Origin: Octopus bimaculoides | Lineage: Eukaryota | Length of the DNA: 64,000 bases | Reading direction: 5' to 3' | NCBI RefSeq assembly: GCF_001194135.2 | Contig: NC_068984.1 | Coordinates: 21,785,771-21,849,770 of the forward strand | Shown here: in pieces, positions 56,725 through 64,000 of the stretch | How positions within the stretch are numbered: the first letter of the stretch is position 1 | Layout of the letters: every line of letters starts with the position of its first letter | Translations under genes and position numbers: made by a program | The notes under the pieces: model-generated | Databases searched by the model: none | What the model was told of the DNA's origin: nothing | The model's input: the letters and a program-made list of their open reading frames with translations, nothing else

Positions 56725-58192
56725 NNNNNNNNNNNNNNNNNNNNNNNNNNNNNNNNNNNNNNNNNNNNNNNNNNNNNNNNNNNNNNNNNNNNNNNNNNNN
56801 NNNNNNNNNNNNNNNNNNNNNNNNNNNNNNNNNNNNNNNNNNNNNNNNNNNNNNNNNNNNNNNNNNNNNNNNNNNNNNNNNNNNNNNNNNNNNNNNNNNN
56901 NNNNNNNNNNNNNNNNNNNNNNNNNNNNNNNNNNNNNNNNNNNNNNNNNNNNNNNNNNNNNNNNNNNNNNNNNNNNNNNNNNNNNNNNNNNNNNNNNNNN
57001 NNNNNNNNNNNNNNNNNNNNNNNNNNNNNNNNNNNNNNNNNNNNNNNNNNNNNNNNNNNNNNNNNNNNNNNNNNNNNNNNNNNNNNNNNNNNNNNNNNNN
57101 NNNNNNNNNNNNNNNNNNNNNNNNNNNNNNNNNNNNNNNNNNNNNNNNNNNNNNNNNNNNNNNNNNNNNNNNNNNNNNNNNNNNNNNNNNNNNNNNNNNN
57201 NNNNNNNNNNNNNNNNNNNNNNNNNNNNNNNNNNNNNNNNNNNNNNNNNNNNNNNNNNNNNNNNNNNNNNNNNNNNNNNNNNNNNNNNNNNNNNNNNNNN
57301 NNNNNNNNNNNNNNNNNNNNNNNNNNNNNNNNNNNNNNNNNNNNNNNNNNNNNNNNNNNNNNNNNATATATATATATATATATGCGTTATAGGTATTTCA
57401 GCGTGCAATGAATAGAAGCTTTAAGCAAATCTATGAAATATGTTGTAAAATGAACGTACACACATTTACCGTTAGATATATGAAGATTCTCAACAGAGCA
57501 AGGAAATGTGATAATAATTAAAGCCGACAAATAATTAACAAAAGAATAGAACGCTGTATGCACCAATGTTATATAAACTTCGAAGTATCAACAAGAGATT
57601 TTTACTAGTGGTTCGGTATTTCATCGATGTTTGATGCTTTTCAGTAAGGAGATGTTTTTAAAGTCCAAATAAATTCTTCAGTTGATATTAATTTCCGGAT
57701 TAACTTTCTTTTTTTTCTCGCCATACGTTTTTCCCTCTTTTATCTTCGTGTATAATTATTTTCTCTCTTTCTTTTTCTCCTGTATTTTCTTCTTCGCTAA
57801 ATTCTTGCATTTCCTCACCTTCCCCATCACGTTTAGCTTTCTTGGTGTTTCTACGAATAATAATTTAATTTGGTTTTGGTCTAGTTCATTCGAGGTATGT
57901 TTGATATTAATATCAAAAAGCATTTGCGCTTTGCAAACGAAAAATAAAAACACTGATAAACCTACGAAGAATGAGCAATCATCACAGAAATCTTTCAGAT
58001 ATTACAGCATAACAAATAATCTGTGAAGAGATATATCAGAGACGCTAGTCATGGCACTTCACATAACTCATATACTTTATCATATTTTTATCATTAGCGT
58101 TAGAGGAACAAAGGCATTGCGTACAATGTATAAGAGGAGTACCTGAAGAACACAGATGGTGAGTCTACGTAAATACATATATACATACCAAC

Positions 58193-58261
<69 letters not shown>

Positions 58262-58430
58262 TGTATAGCCAGCTGGAGTAGATATCATCTTGAGACTATA
58301 AACTACAGTAGCATCGTCACATATGGGTCCGCCACATTTAGGTGGTAATTACACTTCACGATTCCGTGCTGCTACTGTTTACTTCTCGCGCTCAGAAATT
58401 TATTATTGTATGTACACACACGCACACACA

Positions 58431-58471
<41 letters not shown>

Positions 58472-58619
58472 TCATGCACACGCATATAGATCTGACCAGC
58501 AAAATCGGGTCAAACATGCTTGCGAATGAGAGCTGGACTTCTTGAATGAAAACATATTTGGCCACAACGAAACAGGTCAAATTCGCCATATTTATATATT
58601 ATTAATCTATATATTGTTC

Positions 58620-58927
58620 ATAGGGTATATTCCTTTGTCGATAGGTATGTTCATGCAAAATACATCCTCCACAGGAAATATTGGTTATCAGGCGATGGTG
58701 AGACACACACACAAACACACACACACACACACACACATACACACACACACACACATATATATACGACGAGTTTCTTTCAGTTTCCGTGTACCAAATCCAC
58801 TTACAAGGCTTTGGTCTGCCCGAGGCTATAGTAGAAGGTACTTGCCCAAGGTTTCACGCAGTGGGACTGAACCCGGAACCATGTACTTGGAAAGCACGCT
58901 TCTTACCACACAACCACTCCTACACCT
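58620..58927 (-). mobile_element. SINE family 2: head 58764-58927, microsatellite, decayed tail
   Basis: Head closely matches the other copies. Confidence 0.7.
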
Positions 58928-59149
58928 AGAATATTATAATATTAATGCAAATAACCACGCTAGTAACATTAGAAAGCCCGGTAAATATTTACACTAACAT
59001 AATCTCTCAATCCTAAACTTCTCAAAACATGGAGTTCAAAATTTCATAACAGAAATTTAATAACACCGAACGTAGTTCAGCCTCATCCAATCTCTGCTGT
59101 GTAATCAACTGGTTTATCTACAAATAATATTTTATGAACGTATAAGACG

Positions 59150-59362
59150 ACGGGGTGGCAGAAACGTTAGCACGCCGGGCGAAATGCTTAGTGGTATTTC
59201 GTCCGTCTTCATGTTTTGAGTTCAAATTCCACCAAGTACAACTTTACTTTCCATCCTTTCGGGGTCTATAAAATGAGTATCAATTGAGCGCTGGGGTCGA
59301 TACTATCGATTACCCCTCCCCACGAAATTGTTGATCTTCTTCTAAAATTTGAAATCAATATT
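59150..59362 (+). mobile_element. SINE family 3
   Basis: ggcagaaacgttagcacgccgggcgaaatgcttag..tttgaaatcaatatt. Confidence 0.75.
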
Positions 59363-59924
59363 TTAGGAACTCTAAAACACAATAAAACAAACTTTATCAA
59401 GAATATCGTGACCTGAATTTGACAAACGTATTTACATACTTCTACGCTTAATTGAACCCTAAAAAATAACAGAAATCATACTGCAAACCGAATAAATCTT
59501 TTCACCACAACTTTCAATCGAATGCACACTCTCCCTCAATCCTCATCTAACAACTCTTCTAGCATTTCTCCGTTCCATGTCTACCTACACCAGACCTATT
59601 TAGGACTTCACATACTTCTACCTACACCAAATCATAACTTTTCAAAGGTTATATAACACCAAAAATAACTCAAGTAAAGTGCAGTCTGACGGCTGCGAGC
59701 AAGTTAGGACTTTATATATATATGGGGGTGGGGCGGTGTGTGTGCGTGTGAGAGTATGTGGCTTGATGGTTTCGATTTCTGGACATGGAGATGTGTTTCT
59801 CCAGTACAGTCAACTGGCAAAAATGAAAACTCCTACGACGAATTGCGTCCGTCCAGTGGTGGGAAGTATATACGCCAGAAAACCCGGTAAAAACGTCTCT
59901 GGAAAGACATTTGATCCTTTTTTG

Positions 59925-59976
<52 letters not shown>

Positions 59977-60219
59977 TATATTTATATATAGTTAGTGTAT
60001 CATATATCTCAAAAGGATGCACACACTAAAGCATAGAGTAGTAATGTATTTATAAGCAGTTAAGTCTATGTCCGGTTGTAGAGCGACTAATTATCTCGCA
60101 TGCATAAAGGGGGCTTAGTCGACGACTTGTCAGACTCTAAAGCCGAAGGCATATAATTCTTCAACTCTGGAAGCTAGAAATCCGTTATGGCCATTTAGTC
60201 AGTAAGTAACCAGGAAATA

Positions 60220-60620
60220 AACAATCCGGGTCGGCGAGGACGGGTTAAATCCCTTAGACTAGTCCATGTGGGTCAAAAAGAAGGGAACAGGGATTTTCAC
60301 CCTTTGGTTGCTTTAGCTTGTAAGGCATTTTTTTTTTTTATCTAACCGACGAATGGGGAATCCCATGCTTGCAGCAGGTAGCGTTTGTAACGGATGCAGG
60401 GTCTGTAAATTTCTTGCCGTGAATTCAATAATCTTGATTTCAAGGAGTCTGAGGATCCTTGCTCGCTCAGCTATGCAAAATTTGCAGCGTCCGCTCCCGT
60501 TAATATAGTATTCCGGCCGCTCTATGAGCAACTTAAGGGCGAAGTTCCCTTTTCCTCCCTTTTTTGACCCGTATGGAATGGTCTAAGGGAGGTGACCCGT
60601 CCTCGTCAACCCGGATTGTG
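60220..60620. repeat. Imperfect inverted repeat (about 70 bp arms) enclosing the Penelope C-terminal fragment
   Basis: acaatccgggtcggcgaggacgggtt..cccttagac..gggtcaaaaag versus ctttttgacccg..gtctaaggga..acccgtcctcgtcaacccggattgt. Confidence 0.75.
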
Positions 60621-61370
60621 CTTTGTTTTAATCATTATATAATCATGTTTTTTTCTTTCTTTGAAAAATACACTATTTTATCTAGCTGGAATTTGGAAAT
60701 TCTTCAAGAAATATCAATTGAAGAAACCCATACTGATTGAAGTGTTTGCAAGAATTTCGATATTTTAATCAACATTGCCAAAGTTAATACCAAGGTATAT
60801 TTGTTACGAAATGCAAAAATTATAGTTTATGAAGCCATTATTGAATTGCAACTACTATTTAAACTACTGATATATTTCAAGAGTGTAGTGGTGAGGCGTG
60901 TTTCTGAGTGTCCGAATATGTAAAACTTGGTGAGAGAACCTTCTGGATGAGATTATCAGTTAGCTCCCTATATATTTTTGTTTTATTGTACTTTTCAAGG
61001 TTGAGGTTGATAAATTAATGCTTTAGAATGGTACCATTAAAAAAGCAAATATCAGGGTTATTGCAATTACGTAGAAGATAAGAGTTTTGCTTCGCCAGAG
61101 AGGAAAATTTTCTTCTGTACACGCTGGCTATAGAAGCTATGGAAGCAACAATTTTTAGTGCAACTGTAGTTTACCTTGACGTTATTGCTGTTAATGATCT
61201 TATGATATCTATGATCGGGAATATGGGAAAATGCTCATTTATAAGATTTAAACAACATAGGGGATTATACACTATAATATTTCGTCTTCTATTTTTATGT
61301 TTGTGAGCATTAAAGTTGTTCTGAATTCTATCTTTGAAGCAAATATCTTTCATCGCATCATTTATCAAAG
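60340..61370 (-). mobile_element. Decayed Penelope-like element, ORF C-terminal region
   Basis: RRRNIIVYNP (about 61250-61290; cf. RNIIWFNPP), then YYINGSGRCKFCIAERARIL and frameshifted LNSRQEIYRPCIRYKRYLL (60360-60520), collinear with Penelope GIY-YIG C-termini. Confidence 0.65.
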
Positions 61371-61571
61371 AAATGAACGGTTACAGGATTTCTAGTTGGA
61401 AGTAAACCTGGATATGCGTTTCCTTATATTATTATCTAAGCTTTTTACGCTTTCAGTGACTGGTGAAGGGTAGATGAAAATTTGTTTATTAATACTTCAA
61501 GGATTGCATACTTTTTCTTTGTAAGCACAAACGTTNNNNNNNNNNNNNNNNNNNNNNNNNNNNNNNNNNNN

Positions 61572-61610
<39 letters not shown>

Positions 61611-61808
61611 AATTTACAAATGGCAGAAAAAAGTACTGTATAGATGTATAGACTTTATATATTTATTCAAAGCAAATACTTTCTTTTGGAGTTGTGATGT
61701 ATTCACCCTCCTCCCCCCACGTATATATATGTATGTATGCGTATGCATAATATAGATAGCAGTGAGAGAGAGATAGTGGGACAGAGTAGTAGATACGCTT
61801 TTAAGGAG

Positions 61809-61857
<49 letters not shown>

Positions 61858-62219
61858 GTGAACTATAAGGAAAATTCTGAAAAGAAAAATGAAGTAGTAG
61901 ATATTGTGTACAGTAGTGGCAGCGTAATAGAGATTATTAGGAGATAGTAAGTGAGAATTAGAGAGATAAATATACAGAAAGAAAGGGAATGAAATAGGTA
62001 GATAGATGGATGGATGGATAAATAGATAGATAGAGAGACAGATATTGAAACAAGTAATTTTCAGATAATAAACATGAGACAGACACAAATATATTGAGAG
62101 AGTGCAGGAGAGAAAGTACTGGATAAGATAATATCATGAATTTAAAGAAAATGTTGATGAGGAGAAGTATTTATTGAAAGAGGAAAACCTGAATAACGCT
62201 TATGTAGAACAAAAATACG

Positions 62220-62366
<147 letters not shown>

Positions 62367-63142
62367 GAGAAAGATTCTGAGAGAGAAGAAGAGAAAAATA
62401 AGTGGAGAGAGGAAAAGAAAACGAAATGTATGTTGAAAATGGAGACAAGGAGAAAGATTTGATAAACAGGAGGAAACATAATAAAGTGTGGGTATTTGTG
62501 GGTGCGCGCGCGTGAGAGAGCGGTAGAGAGAGAAATTGAAAGAATCAAAAACGAATCGGTGGCGAATGATTTTTTCTGTTCGTTTATTCATTCGGAGTTC
62601 GCCGTTTTGTGTTAGTTTTAATTGCGTTATTCAGTTGTTGCTAAATTAGAGGTGGCTATTTCATTCTGTCAACTAGGAAGTCTAAATAGCTGTATCGACA
62701 CTACTCCATTTCCTTCTCTCACTAATGATGCCTTTAGTCACGAGTTGTTGATGTCTATTAAAGAACAGACGATAAATGCTGGCCACTTTGAGACAACGTT
62801 GCTATTGTTGTTTAACCCTTGGATAAAACCTGATCTATGTTCAAAGGTAGTCCAGCCGTGAGCCCAATATTCTCTTCTTATGGATTTCAAGACTGCATTA
62901 TTTAATGTGAATTCTTGTTGGTGGAGTCATTGTTTTGTTATTTATTGTTGTTATTGTTATTTTTATTGTTGACCCCAACACCACTGGAATTGAGGAAATA
63001 CATAAGGAAAGGCGGTTCCAGTTATAACCATCCCATCTTTTTATATATCAGCAGCAGTACAGTCCAAAGTGTTTTACATTGTTTGTTAATGAGGGTTGTA
63101 ATTAACTCAGAACTGAACTTGTGCTAACAAAAATTACTCATC

Positions 63143-63548
63143 TCATCTCATCTCATCTTCAACCACTTAATACTGGGAGGATTGTGAAGTCAGAGTCCTC
63201 ACGCACACATTTCATCGGGTCCTGTCAGAAGCAACTGATCCGGCTGAATCAGAAGCAATTGATCTCTCCAATTGATCCGGCTGAATCTCTGAGCGAGACC
63301 AACCGAGGCCATGGATGTTATCCAATCATGCTCCTCGTGGTCTACCCCTGGACCTTCTGCCAGTTTGCTTTGACCATAAAACCTGTCCAGCGATTCTTCC
63401 CAAGACATTCTTACCACACATCCTTAGTATCGGATTTGTGATCTCTCACTTCGGGGTATTAGCAACTCTAACCGCAGAGCAACTCTGATCTCCACACTAC
63501 GCACACGATCGAGTAACGTTACTCCGAAGACACTCTGGTGGAACCCCT
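63143..63548 (-). mobile_element. RTE-like LINE 3' fragment
   Basis: Minus strand VVRMSWERIAGQVLWSKQTGRRSRGRPRGA*LDNI; (CTCAT)n at the left end and atctcatct at the right end (possible TSD). Confidence 0.6.
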
Positions 63549-64000
63549 ATCTCATCTGCTTGCACATCTTATCTCTCATTTCTTGAAAATACAAGAATCT
63601 TACAGTGATGCCGAATCCCAAAAGGCATTTGGTAACTGGGTCACTGCTGAAGACTTCATATTGATGAATGTCTATTTATGGTAAAATCAGTTTCTATAAC
63701 CCATCTATTTTCAAATAATACTCACTGGAGCAGTTTTACTCAATGCTTTAAGATAACGAAAGCATTGACAGTTTACACGAAAAAATGTTTTTAAGAGACC
63801 CTGGTGGTTTCTTTTATGTTATTACCCTTTGAATTGACTAGACGTGCGGTAGTATATTTTTAGTTAGTAAATGGATAATTGAATTCGATAAGATAAGGAA
63901 GGAAGACCTAAGAGAAACAGAAACACGAATAAATAAACAAATAAACAAGCAAACAAAACATATTTAAAGACATTTTTGGAACAGGCTCATACCTACTGTC

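Noticed and set aside
59825-60140. Two minus-strand near-hammerhead stems (GACG-caatt-CGTC; GTC-gtc-GAC)
   Set aside because: Three or more core mismatches each; indistinguishable from chance.

Overview
AT-rich, microsatellite-dense animal genomic DNA from a gapped scaffold (15 N-runs). The repeat families and microsatellite load suggest an octopod cephalopod (inference from recalled Octopus repeats; no database search was run). The only host gene I can support is the 5' part of a minus-strand tetraspanin: start-codon exon 31871-31997 (CDS 31871-31936) and a 195-nt exon 16153-16347, with canonical GT-AG borders and a 15.5-kb intron. I could not find its other exons in the window. The rest is intronic or intergenic and filled with decayed mobile DNA: RTE, CR1-like, R4/Dong-like and possible Tx1 LINE fragments, Penelope-like pieces, a mariner derivative, MITE/foldback elements and three SINE families. 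Most listed ORFs are microsatellite or N-run artefacts. Best second-look items: (i) four minimal Penelope-type hammerhead ribozyme motifs, one with an intact core (21895-21940, antisense) and one differing only by A6U (18241-18276, sense to the pre-mRNA); (ii) a nested 332-bp-unit inverted repeat with a 13-bp flanking duplication inside a TA-ended MITE, about 600 nt upstream of the 195-nt exon; (iii) a 198-bp-arm hairpin with a perfect 90-bp inner stem; (iv) a SINE cluster in which the same 11-mer separates successive copies. No prokaryote-type system (CRISPR, operon, rRNA) is present.
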